A stretch of 64,000 bases of DNA from Octopus sinensis (taxonomy: Eukaryota): contig NC_043010.1 in assembly GCF_006345805.1 (NCBI RefSeq), positions 62,062,001 to 62,126,000 of the forward strand. The letters are read 5' to 3'. Shown here in pieces: positions 38,745 to 57,822 of the stretch. Positions within the stretch are counted from its first letter, which is position 1, and each line of letters begins with the position of its first letter. The notes beneath the pieces were generated by a model. The model ran no database searches. It worked only from the letters and a program-made list of their open reading frames with translations, and was not told the origin of the DNA. The position numbers and the translations under genes are program-made.

Positions 38745-39389
38745 TATTTATTGCTATCAATAAATGTTTGTTTAGTTTTTTGTTTTGTATTTAGACTGTT
38801 TTTTGAATTTTCTGTTTGATTTTTTTTTAATATCATTTTACATTTTTCTTCGTCGTTTTCTTTACTTCAGTCCTTAGATTGTAGCCATGCTGGAGCACCG
38901 CCTTGAAGAAAATTAGTCGAACGAATGGACCCCAGTACCTTTTATATAAGCCTGGTCCTTTTGCCGAACCGCTAAGTTACGGGGACATAAACACGCCAAT
39001 ACCGATTGTCGAGTGGTGATAGGAGGAAAACACACACACACACACACACTATAGGCTTCTTTCATTTCCGTCTACTAAAATCTGCTCCCAGGGCTTTGTT
39101 TAAAAGACATTTGCCCAAGGTACCACGAGATAGGACTGAACCCGGAACCGTGTGGCTGGGAAGCAAATTTCTTACCACACAGCTATGCTTTATACCCACT
39201 TGATTTGTTCATATTCCTCAAACATAATCGCAAGGGTTTTTATTCTTTTATTATCTACTGAATTTAATGTCCCTGAAAACGGGCTCCGAAATATTCGTTT
39301 GGTAAAAAAAAGGGTCAGAAATGGGAAAAGATTCGGGAACCGTTTCTTACAGTCAGGCGTGGCTGTGAGGTAATACTTTAGCTTCCAAG

Positions 39390-39690
39390 CCAAGTGGGCG
39401 GGGAGAGCTCAGGGTGTCTGAAGCAAAATAGGCGGGGAGAGAACGTATCTAATGCAAAGTGGGCATGGACAACTCAGGGCGTCTGATGCAAAGTGGGCGG
39501 GGACAGCTCAAAATGTCTGGTGCAAAGCAGGGCGGGGACAGCTCAGGGTACCTGATGCAAAGTGGGCGGGGACAGTGCAGAATGTTAGGTGCAAAGTGGG
39601 CGAGGGCAGCTCAGGGTGTTTGATCCAAAGTGGGCGGGGACAGTTCAGGGTGTTTGATCCAAAGTGGGCGGGGACAGCTCAGGACACTAA
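39390..39690 (+). repeat. 34-bp minisatellite, 9 units, each with a GC box
   Basis: Units start at about 39390, 39423, 39454, 39488, 39522, 39557, 39591, 39625 and 39659; consensus (g/c)caaagtgggcggggacagctcagggtgtctgat. Confidence 0.9.
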
Positions 39691-40036
39691 AGCATTCCAT
39701 TTTGTTATTGTTGTTGTTGGCTTTGTCGCCGATATTGCTAATGTTGTTATTTATCCCATAACCGACGCTAATAGAACAATCCTCCGTTCAATTGATTACC
39801 GCTTTACAAGTCTCTGTTTTTATGACCCGACGCATAAGGATAATACATTTTATAAGAATATTACTTGGGCCTCAGTGTTTAGGCTGATGCTTTATCGATG
39901 GGCGGGACACGAACTCTGAATGTAAATAGCTATAGGCACCACCACTGCCGCCGCCACTACCACCTCAACAACACATTCTCCCATATAACCACCGCAACCG
40001 TCACTGCGTCAATCAGTACACACTCACACACGCACG

Positions 40037-40080
<44 letters not shown>

Positions 40081-40324
40081 TACACATATACACAGACACA
40101 GAAACACACACTGATACACAACATACACAGTGTTTACACCCGCACACGTACACACATATACACACAGATAACACAGCCGTATGCAAATGCACAAGAGTAT
40201 ACACTACATACACACAACCCCCCACACACACATACACATGTATATATGCACGTACGCAAATATACAAATATATACACAAGTCAGACAAATTAGATACACC
40301 CGCGCACTCACAGACACACACACA

Positions 40325-40357
<33 letters not shown>

Positions 40358-40414
40358 ATATACATATCTACAGACGTATATTATATATATATGTATATAT
40401 ATATATATACGTAT

Positions 40415-40471
<57 letters not shown>

Positions 40472-40480
40472 CGTATCTAC

Positions 40481-40517
<37 letters not shown>

Positions 40518-40904
40518 CGTATATACATACATACATATATATATATGCACACGCAAACACAGACGCGCACACACACACACACAACTAGACACAAACGGGA
40601 AGGAAGCCATTCTCCTTCACTGACTTCACCGCCAGCCTCTCCGCCATTTCCCCATCTTCCTGTTGTTTGGTGGTGCATCGTTCGTTATATTGCTCAGTGC
40701 CAGCTGAGAGAGGATGCATGTGTGCATTGCATTAGCAACGTATTTGCATTGCATGTTGACAGATGCATGCATGCATGCATGTTTGAATAATTAGGGAAGG
40801 CATCTGTAAATATACGCGCGTTTGGATGGGGTCCCCGTCAAAACAACCCCCACTAAAGAATAGTCGTTTATTCATTCACACTACACACACACAGACACAT
40901 ATGT

Positions 40905-41230
40905 ACATGAGGAGTGGCTGTGTGGTAAGAAGCTTGCTTTCCAACCACATGGTTCAGAGTTCAGTCCCGCTGCGTGGCACCTTCGGCAAGTGTCTTCTAC
41001 TGTAGCCTTGGGCCGATCAAAGCTTTGTGAGTGGAAACTGAAAGAAGCCCGTCGTATGTGTATGTGTTTGCGAGTTTGCGTCTACGTCCCTGTAATCTAG
41101 CAGTTCGGCAATAAAAGATCGATAGAATAAGTACTAGGCTTACAAAGAATAAGTCCTGGGGTCGATTTGTTCAACTAAAGGCGGTGCTCCAGCATGGCCG
41201 CAGTCAATTGACTGAAACAAGTAAAAGAGT
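40905..41230 (+). mobile_element. SINE family A with internal deletions (another diverged copy at 38865-39185, -)
   Basis: Head gaggagtggctgtgtggtaag through tail gactgaaacaagtaaaag. Confidence 0.75.
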
Positions 41231-41350
41231 ATATATATATGTGTGTGTGTGTGTGTATATATATATATACATACATGCACATATATATACACATAAACGC
41301 ACACACACACATATATATACACACATGCATACACATACGAATGTATTTGC

Positions 41351-41420
<70 letters not shown>

Positions 41421-41436
41421 ATATATATATACATAC

Positions 41437-41590
41437 ACGGAGTAAGCACATAAATGTGAAACAAGGTGGGGAAAATAGTACTCAAATACCAGAGGTAGAG
41501 TAATATATTTTATTAAAAAGCAGCAGAAATATCACAAAAACTGTTACTCAGAGTTTCACGTTCCCGTTCGTCGGACAGTTTTGTTTAGAA
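41437..41590 (-). mobile_element. Short Penelope-like terminal-repeat element (related copies at 21151-21310 and 25081-25222)
   Basis: Three copies of ggagtaagcacataaatgtgaaacaaggtgg...ctgttactcagagtttc, all beside (TA)n. The two other copies are internally inverted. Confidence 0.6.
41537..41582 (-). ncRNA. Minimal type-I hammerhead ribozyme motif with variant core CCGACGA
   Basis: Minus strand reads AAAACUGU-CCGACGA-ACG-GGAA-CGU-GAA-ACU-CUG-AGU-A^ACAGUUUU: perfect 8-bp stem I, 3-bp stem II with a GNRA loop, 3-bp stem III and a GUA cleavage triplet. Confidence 0.65.
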
Positions 41591-41605
41591 CACACAAATA
41601 TATAT

Positions 41606-41651
<46 letters not shown>

Positions 41652-42349
41652 CTCCTCATCATCATCATCATCATTTAACGTCCATCTGCCATGCTAGCAT
41701 GGGTGGGACGGTACCGCAAGGAACGGCTAGGCCGAAGCCTGCACCAGAGTTCTGTGACTGTTTTGGCAGAATTTTTACAGCTGGATGCCCTTCCTAACAC
41801 TAACCATTCAACAGAGTGAACTTGGTGCTTTTTGCGTGGCACAGTCAGTTTTGCGTGGCACGAGGTCAGTTTCGGCAAGGTTTTTTTTACAGCTGGATAC
41901 CCTTCCGAACACCAACCTCTTTACAGTGTAGACCAGGTGCTTTTAAGACAAAAAAATTTCAAGTAGGGATGAGGCATAGGAGGAGGTGATGATGAAAAGG
42001 TTGTCGTGAGACAGATACAGGTGTCTTGCTGAAGAGAAAGTATAAGGTTACCTGGCCGGAGAGAGGAAGATCAGGAATGAAGACCGAAACAGGTGTGCTA
42101 CCGCAAAGAAAATACACGGTTGGCCAACCTGAGGGAAGTGTGAGAGAGGAGAGAGAGAGAGAGGGGGAGACCGCAGGATGGAGATGGTGGCAAAATGTCG
42201 GGCATACTCACAAGGAACGGGGATCAGAGTATAAATGAGATGGTTGAGTAAAGGAAGAGAGAGATATAGCTGATGTCTACGTATGTGTACAATATTAGCT
42301 ACATGCGCACGCAAATATAGCCTTAATTGTAATTAAAAAATCAATTCCT

Positions 42350-49920
<7,571 letters not shown>

Positions 49921-51425
49921 GTGTGTATGTGTGTGTGTATAAAACGCCTGACTTCTTCATAGTAAAATATTTCATGAAAAATTCTAATGATATTCCACTT
50001 CAATTCTTTTCTGTTGTGTCTGGAACACTAAAACTCCCAGCTTGGTCGTTTGTTTCAACACTTTCCCGTCCAATATATAATAATCTAAGACAGTACACAC
50101 CCACCCAGAGTTCACGCCACCAGGTACCGACCTACCTACCTACCTGGTCGGTACATTCATTATAGAAGTAGCGCAGTCAACTGGAGTTTTGCAGTTGCTG
50201 TCCTTCGAAGTCCCACACCCCTTAGGAAGAGAAATAAGTAGTTTTTTTTTCTGCGGAATTTTGGTATGGCTGCCCTTCGAACTCCCATACCTCAGAAAGA
50301 GATTGTCTAGGAAGCTGGTTTATATGTCCCTTTCCATTAAAAAGAAATATCCTTGTGTTTCATACAATAGAATCACAATGCTAAAAAAATTTGTGTTGTT
50401 TTTTTCGCAAAAATTTCGGGTTTTTTTTTTTGCACATTTGTTCCTTATGTAGTATTCTCCTTTTGCACGAGATGTGGGACTTCGAAGGACAGCTACTTCC
50501 AAAATTCCGTCCAGAAAAAAAGGCAACCGATAAACTAGGTTGACGGCTGGGTGGCCCCTAATCGTTTTCTTGTTAGAAATAGCACCCTGTTGCTTTGAAA
50601 AGGAAGGGCATTTTGCTTTACTGTCCTCGTTATGCATCTTCCTTAAAGACAGGTGGGATGGTCATGCCAGGAATACCTTTGATCATAAATCTTGGTAAGC
50701 TGACCTGGAACACGACAATAACTTTAACATTAATACAACATAATATAATTCTAGACATACAATGTCCGAATGAATGACAGGGTGGGACAGGGTGGTCATG
50801 GTTGGAGCATCTTTGATCATAGGTGTATTTGATCGTAACTTGCTTGGGGCTAAATGACAACAACACTGGAAAGAACTTAGAAAATATCAGAGAATGCGGA
50901 TAGCCTCCTCTACGTTGGTCACTCTGTGGAATTATTGTTACAGTTCGTAGCTGTGACTACCACCACCACCACCACCACTACTACTACTAATAATACTACA
51001 ACGACACCCTTCACCACCACCACCACAGCTGTCCAACTTTACTATTATCACCAAACATCACAGCTAACCTCACCACCACACACCACAATAAACTTTACCA
51101 CCACCATCACCAGAACCACCACCAATATCACACTCCTCCTTTCCACCACTACCTTCAAGCAAGATAACAAGGGAGTCTCTATGTGGATACTTAATTTGCT
51201 AGAAAAGACAACTAAATCTCCCTTGAATTAGACTACTATCTAAATAAGATAACACTTTTTGCCTATGAATCCCTTTAATTCATATTTTACTCTACTGGAC
51301 CTCCATAACCATTGGGTGCTTAAAAAAGATCCTATTGTCTTTTTATATTTAAATATTATTAAGAATTGTATTAAAAAAATTGTGAAAATATTTCGTTTAT
51401 TGTAGAAATATAAGCAAATTTTACA

Positions 51426-51826
51426 TAGGCGTAGGAGTGGCGGCTTTGTGGTAAGTAACTTGCTTACGAACCACATGGTTCTGGGTTCAGTCCCACTGCA
51501 TGGCACCTTGAGCAAGTGTCTTTTACTATAGCCTCAGGCCGACCAAAGCCTTGTGAGTGGATTTGGTAGACAGAAACTGAAAGAAGCCCATAGTATATAT
51601 ATATATATATGTATGTTTGTGTGTCAGTGTTTGTCCCCCCACCATCGCTTGACAACCAATGCTGGTGTGTTTATGTCCCCGTAACTTATCGGTTCGGCAA
51701 AAGAGATTGATAGAATAAGTACTAGGCTTACAAAGAATAAGTCCTGGGGTCAATTTGCTCGACTAAAGGCGGTGCTCCAGCATGGCCGCAGTCAAATGAC
51801 AAACAAGTAAATGAGTAAAAGAGTAT
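51426..51826 (+). mobile_element. SINE family A, full length, inside a decayed hAT-type MITE
   Basis: Complete family A copy; the flanking element ends in a TIR-like ggttgagaagcattg at 51861-51875. Confidence 0.8.
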
Positions 51827-52881
51827 ATAGATTTTAACAAAATCCTACACGGACCCTCTTGGTTGAGAAGCATTGATCTAAATAAAAGGATCGATGTAAC
51901 CCCTCCACACTTCTTCGTAGACCTATTGCTGTATCAATCAACACAGTCTCCTCCCCATCTATTTTCCCTTATTCTCAGTCTTTCGGCTCATTTATGCCCC
52001 GTTGTTCAAGCTCGTCACCATTTCACATCCAGTGTTTAAACGCTTCATACACCCCTTATTTCTTTCCAGTCTTCCACCATCCTCCACATTCAATGTCCAT
52101 TGCTCCACTGCCATATAATATTGATTTCAAATTTTGGCACAAGGCCAGCAAATACACGGACATGGCTAAGTTGGTTACATCGTCCTCAGTGTTCAACCAG
52201 TTCTTATTTTGTCGACCCCAGAAGGATGAAAGGCAAAGTCAACTTCAATGGAATTTGAACTCAGAATATAAAGACAGACAAAATGCTGCTGAGCATTTTA
52301 CCCAGCATGCTCACAATTCTGCCAGCTGGCCGTCTTAAATACACTGACATATAAAATTAAGTTCAATTCCATACACAAATGTCCATCTTCCCTTCACATG
52401 GGAAAAGAATCCCTTTCTTGCTAACAGAAGTAACATCCCCTTGAACTTTGCCCAGCTTCATCTTATTCTGGCTCCCATTGTTTTTGGAATACCCTTACCT
52501 ACTTCTAATTACCATCATCTAATTAGGGACTGGACCTGTAAAATACTTCTAAGGAGCCATCCAAACATTTGTAAGAATTTGTTTCATGTCCTGTATATAA
52601 CTTTAAGCTGCACCCAGTCGTGGGGCCCTGGTTTGGGTGTTCCAGGGTTTTGCAGGGTGTGGGACCTCATCTTAGCCACTATTTATTCCCAGCTTTACTC
52701 TGACCCAGAGTAGCATCACCTGTCAGGGTCCAAATTACGGGTTAATTAGCATGTAAGTATAGGTAAACTGTGGCTATGGGATTAAACAGCCCTGGACCAA
52801 ATCATGGGCGGTCCCTTGGTAAGGCCTAGGTCTCAGTAACATCCGACCCAGAGTTACTTTGAAATCACAGGGTGCAGTATG

Positions 52882-53110
52882 TATTTCTTTATTGCCCACA
52901 GGGGGCTAAACATAGAGGGGACAAACAAGGACAGACAAAGGGATTAAGTCAACTACATCAACCTAGTGCGTAACTGGTACTTATTTAATCGACCCCAAAA
53001 GGATGAAAGGCAAAGTCGACCTCGGCGGAATTTGAACTCAGAACGTAGCTGCAGACGAAATACGGCTACACATTTCGCCCGGCGTGCTAACGCTTCTGCT
53101 AGCTCGCCGC
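52882..53110 (-). mobile_element. SINE family C with perfect TSD
   Basis: 14-bp TSD cagggtgcagtatg at 52868-52881 and 53111-53124. Confidence 0.9.
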
Positions 53111-53426
53111 CAGGGTGCAGTATGATGGATGAAAACTTGTTTCAGCAGATGAACTTATTGAGTCCATGGCAAATATCACCAGATGCTGAATGGATGAACA
53201 GACAACAAGATATCAATGGCCGGAATCAATCAGTTTAGTTACCATACTGCTGCTATGCTCTGTATTTGTGGCATGTACAGACGAGACGTTTGACTATTGG
53301 AAAACTAACGTGACTAATTCGTTTGGACAAGTCACCTGACTGCATGATAATGATTTTATGGCTATTCTTACTGTTAACTGCTCTTATACATCTCACCCAG
53401 ATAAAGTCTGTTTGCTGTCAACCTCC

Positions 53427-53803
53427 GTCAAAGAAGCTTGAGAGGCGGTTGGATGGAACTTACACTCGCCTCCTTATCAGAGCTCAAAATCTCTCGTGGA
53501 AGCGTCATCCAACCAAAGTACAAATATATGGGAAACTACCACCTGTGTCATCTCTTGTGAAAGGTAGAAGAGTCCAGTTTGCTGGACATTGTTGTAGAGC
53601 TGAAAAAGAGGTAATTTCTACTCTTCTCCTCTGGAAGCCATCTGCTCGCAATACCAGAGGGCGCACACTCTCCTACCCTGATGTAACCTCCAAGGATACA
53701 GGCATCAAGCAACGGGACCTCCGTAATGCTATGATGGACCGTGAAGTCTGGCGTAGCATGGTAAATTCCATTGTCTCGACCACGGTCGAACAATGATGAA
53801 TGA
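53427..53803 (+). mobile_element. 5'-truncated RTE-clade LINE 3' end with target-site duplication
   Basis: Open frame LERRLDGTYTRLL...RRVQFAGHCCR...DREVWR, then a (TGA)-type tail. 11-bp TSD tgtcaacctcc at 53416-53426 and 53804-53814. Confidence 0.88.
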
Positions 53804-54389
53804 TGTCAACCTCCTGTGGTCCCAATATGTCTCTTGTGCACCCTTACCCTACATTGGGTACACAATGCAGACTCTGTCCGACTCCTCTTCTCACAGCCAT
53901 TGGAAAGTGGCCATGGGGCTTTGTCTTCTGTTTTGCTGACTAAAACTTTTGTTTTTACTAGGTTACCTTTAAGGATACATTTCTACACTTTGCTTCCACA
54001 TTTTCTTTGACAGATTTGGCTTTGAGAACCAAGCCATTGCCATACAGTCTTGAGCTCCTCTCCTATGGCCTTGAATAATTAACAGGAGAAGGTGTAAAAC
54101 TCAGTCCTTGAAAGACATGTTTGCACATGTCCTTCCCCTTCTACCTTTCACTAACCTCCCTATACATGGCTTATACAGCTCCCATAAACCCTTCATTTGC
54201 ACCAAGTTCTCTTAGTAACCACTTGACTGCAGAGCGTCCTACTCTGACAATGGACTTCTCCTATAGTTGTCGCATAAGCATGAGGGTATCAGAGTACTTT
54301 CCACCCTGGCACAAACCCATCTTGTTAACATCATGACACACACTGGAGACTTGCAAAGTCAAAAAAAAAAAAGATCTGTTAAAAATACA

Positions 54390-54730
54390 AAATTATGAAA
54401 AAGGAATTACAACCTTGTTTCGTGGTCTGCTACCACAACAGCTCCTTTATAGGATCCAGTTTGTTCAAGACATCATCAGGAGGAACCATGTCCGGTTTCG
54501 GCCCCTACTCCTCTACCGTTTTGACGTGGCGGGGCCCCTCCTTTCAGAGGTGTCTTCAGCTCTGGTGTTGGGTGCATGTCTTCTTTCTTCTGTTCCCTGG
54601 CCTCTTCGATGTATCGTCAGCGAGTGTCAGCCGGTGACTGACTGTCTTGTCAAATTTTTCCCTTGTTTTTCAAGCAATGTTTTCCAAGGGTCTCAGCAAT
54701 TAATATAGATTTCCCAAAGCTTTAAATGCC
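54390..54730 (-). mobile_element. Penelope-like 3' fragment
   Basis: Minus strand has DPWKTLL (similar to PLE C-termini), followed by decayed CTGA..GA / GGCCCC...GGGGCC-GAAAC hammerhead-like remnants; it interrupts the old RTE. Confidence 0.35.
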
Positions 54731-55246
54731 ATTTTAAAAAACAATTCCACGCCCTGTCCTTGTGGTCTGCCATTGTACCACAATACACACCATTAGAGGA
54801 CCACTATTTTAGAATACCTCTTTTACTGTGATTGCAGATAATAACTGCTGCCCCATTCAATGGGGATGTCATCTCCCTGTACTACCTGGTGGACTATGCC
54901 AGTAGCTCCTGTCTTATTCTGCCAGATATTTTCACCATCTCACCCACAGTTCCTCAAAGCTCAGCTATCTTCAGAGTCTTAGTGGCCTTTTTCACTATAT
55001 ACAATATCTTCCACAGTTGGTCCTGCTGTTGAGTGTATTTAGTGCAGACCCCACTTTCTCTCAGCAAATTCTTGTTGCAGTTCTTGCCCTTCTCATTTCT
55101 CTGTATCTTCAGTGAGGGTCAGCTCCTTGCCCCATTCCAAAATCCCTTTTCACCAACAATGTCCTCATTTTCATTGTCACTAGTTTATGGAACGACAGAC
55201 ACTCTGATCCCTTAAATACATTATTCACTGTGTTCCTGTGTTTTAA

Positions 55247-55466
55247 ATCCCTCAGCATTTAAACAGGCTGTATCTGACCCAAATATTCTAGCTGTTTTGT
55301 GTTTAAACCAGCCAGACCTGGCCTCTCACACTTACCCTGCAATGTCAGTATTAAAAATAAAGTCACATCATTGAAATTTTGAAGCTACAGGATAATCCCG
55401 GATTAATTCAAAACAATGTGAATAAATAAGCCTTACATTTTTCAAAGTAAACTGAATGCTGAAGGA
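55247..55466. mobile_element. Older piggyBac-type MITE sharing the TTAA at 55467
   Basis: Degenerate TIRs (a)tccctcagcatt / aatgctgaagga between TTAA at 55243-55246 and TTAA at 55467-55470. Confidence 0.55.
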
Positions 55467-55470
55467 TTAA

Positions 55471-55692
55471 CCCTTTCATTACCAACCTGGCTGAAACCAC
55501 CTCTGGCTCTGTAGTACAAATGTCTTGTTTTCATAAGTTCTGAATTAAAATCTTCCAACAAACCTTAGTCACAATTTATGTTCCTAACACTAGCTGAATG
55601 ATAACTAAGTTATTTTACTAAATTCTTTGTTATATTTAAAATTAATTGAAAGAAACGCAGAGCATCTCAAAATAAATACGGTAATGAAAGGG
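55471..55692. mobile_element. piggyBac-type MITE
   Basis: Perfect 13-bp TIRs ccctttcattacc / ggtaatgaaaggg flanked by TTAA at 55467-55470 and 55693-55696. Confidence 0.85.
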
Positions 55693-57009
55693 TTAAAGAC
55701 AGTTCTGTATGGTTTAGGGAAGAGTTGGCTTCTATTTCTAGCAGGTTAAACCAACAACCAGCAATGTGGCCCTGGCTGCACACAACCAACACTTGTTGTG
55801 TGACTTAATCAGTTTTTCTGAATAGATTATTATTTTTTTTAATTAACATTGCATTGTGACAATAATGATTGCAGTGGATAAGATGAGAAAAATCATTAGG
55901 GGGTTGGTTGTTGCATTGTTTGTTCTGGTCCTTTACATTGTGGGTTCAAATCACATTGAATCACTTTTGTCTTTCATCTTTCCACAACAGTAAAATAAAG
56001 TTTCAATTAAGTATGGATGGGTGGGTGGGGGGATTTAATTAACTGCGAGGTCGTCACCAGTGTCGCTGGACTGGCTCCTGTGCAGGTGGCACGTAAAAAG
56101 CACCATTTGGGTGTGGCACGTAAAAGCACCCACTACACTCTCGGAGTGGTTGGCGTTAGGAAGGGCATCCAGCCGTAGAAACTCTGCCAGATCAGATTGG
56201 AGTCTGGAAAGCAGACGTTAAACGATGATGATGATGTTGGTTGGTCAGTTGATTGGTTGGTGTCTTAAGCAAGAGGTTTGTTTGTCTTTTTCCCTTGGTA
56301 GCATGGCTTAGGCAGGAGTCCTACAGCTGGATGCTCTTCCTGTCACCAACTTTCACGTCTCACATTCCAGAGGAATTGGAAAGCACGGAACCGGTAGAGT
56401 ATTCACTGCCAAGAAATGTCAATAAATGTCACCAGTTGCTGCCCACACACCAAACAGTGACGCCACGGTTAGCATGATGGGCTTCCACACAGTTTCCACC
56501 AGTCAAATTCAATCGCAAGGAATACATGTATGTGTATTTGTGTTTCTTTGTCTTGACATCGCAGGATAGTTGTAAATGAGTGTCACTGTCATACAAGCAG
56601 TGTTGTTCGTTTCCTGTATTCTGTATAAAACATGTCTGGCTGTGGGTAAATTATATTATTTTGCTTGGAAACATGCGAGGGTTGGTGAGAGGAAGGACAG
56701 AGAATGTCTGTCTCTTACTCTATCTGATCCATGCAAAGATGGAGAAGTGAGTATTAAAATGATGATGGTGATGATGCTGATGGTATATACACTTACAGAT
56801 GTATGGAGTGTGTGTGTGTTTCTATACACACATATGTTCATACATACATATATGTACACACACACACACACACATAGGAGCCTGGTGAGGCTACTGGCTC
56901 TCAAAACCTCAGTCAAACTGTCCAACCCATGCCAGCATGGAAAACGGACATTAAATGATGATGATGGTGATGATATATATGTACACACATGTGTGTGTGT
57001 GTATATATA

Positions 57010-57415
57010 TATATCGTGTTGAACCGTTAATCCCTACACATTTTCTTTCTCTGTGTTTTTCCCCTCAACCCTTTCTGTCGAAGAGCTTAGTCATAAAATG
57101 TCAAAGACCTTTCCGTTTCCTCCTAAGCATTAAACTAACACATCTGCTTGTTGTTCTCTCACCTGTCTTTGTCTTTTGTTTTCTGTAAATTTGAACCATA
57201 TATATATATATTTACGCCATGATAGATTGTTAGCCACTACACACATTTTTTTCTCTCCTTGTTTTTTCTGTGTCCCTTTCTGTAGAAGAGCAAAGGCTAG
57301 AAACATAAAAGACTTTTTCTATTCCTGAGCGTTATACTAATACATCTGTTTGTTTTGTACAACACCTGTCTTCGTCTTTTGTTTTTTTCGTAAACTTTCC
57401 CTATATATATATATA
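57010..57415 (+). mobile_element. Two related Penelope-like terminal-repeat fragments with decayed hammerhead-like cores
   Basis: ccctttCTGT(C/A)GAAGAGC....(G)AAA motifs at ~57068-57105 and ~57274-57313, each followed by a shared ...cacctgtctt(t/c)gtcttttgttt tail; separated by (TA)n. Confidence 0.5.
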
Positions 57416-57439
57416 TATTTATATTGTTCTATATTTTAA

Positions 57440-57644
57440 GAGATATGTACATTATTTACAATTGACAGATATTTGTCCTCATCTTTTTTGTTGTTAATAC
57501 AACGTTTTGGCTGATATACCCTTCAGCTTTCATCAGGTGTCCTGGGTGAAATTTCGAACCTGGGTTCTTATTCCTAAGGTATTTTTCGATGTTGTTGTTG
57601 TTGTTGTTGTTATTTAGGTCACTGAGTTCAATTCCAGGCAGTGA

Positions 57645-57682
<38 letters not shown>

Positions 57683-57822
57683 TCGAAAAATACCTTAGAA
57701 ATGAGAACCCAGGTTCGAAATTTCCCCAAGACACCTTATGAAGGCTGGAGGGTATATCAGCTGAAACATTGTGTTAACAACAAACAAGACGAGGACAAAT
57801 ATCCGTCAATTGTAAATAATGT
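57440..57822. mobile_element. Second fold-back copy of the same element (tRNA heads mostly deleted)
   Basis: Same arms as 570-1140 (gagaacccaggttcgaaatttccccaagacacc...), again inverted; both hammerhead cores are mutated. Confidence 0.75.

Larger units (their letters stand above)
51900..55200 (-). mobile_element. Old, fragmented RTE LINE related to the 21878-23248 family, interrupted by younger insertions
   Basis: Minus-strand translations match successive parts of the 21.9-kb RT: EMVKISG..GIVHQVV..IPIEWGSS (~54800-55050), MRQL*EK..AV*AMYRE (~54130-54330), the finger region across the 53416/53804 TSD, and ARIR*SWAKFKGMLLLL..KG (~52380-52520). Confidence 0.7.

Noticed and set aside
39255-39300. 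ctgaaaacgggctccgaaatatt hammerhead-like string (also 32380-32420)
   Set aside because: The core is mutated and no stem I pairing is present.
39452-39919. 155-aa ORF with repeated AKWAG motifs; also a CRISPR-like appearance
   Set aside because: It is a by-product of the 34-bp minisatellite. Units are contiguous with no unique spacers, there are no cas genes, and the context is eukaryotic.
40715-40781. Six TGCATG (RBFOX-type) motifs in 70 bp
   Set aside because: Mostly an (ATGC)n microsatellite, and no adjacent exon was identified.
53323-53796. 157-aa ORF with an apparent signal peptide
   Set aside because: Chimeric: the hydrophobic start is antisense old-RTE sequence fused at the TSD to the inserted RTE C-terminus.
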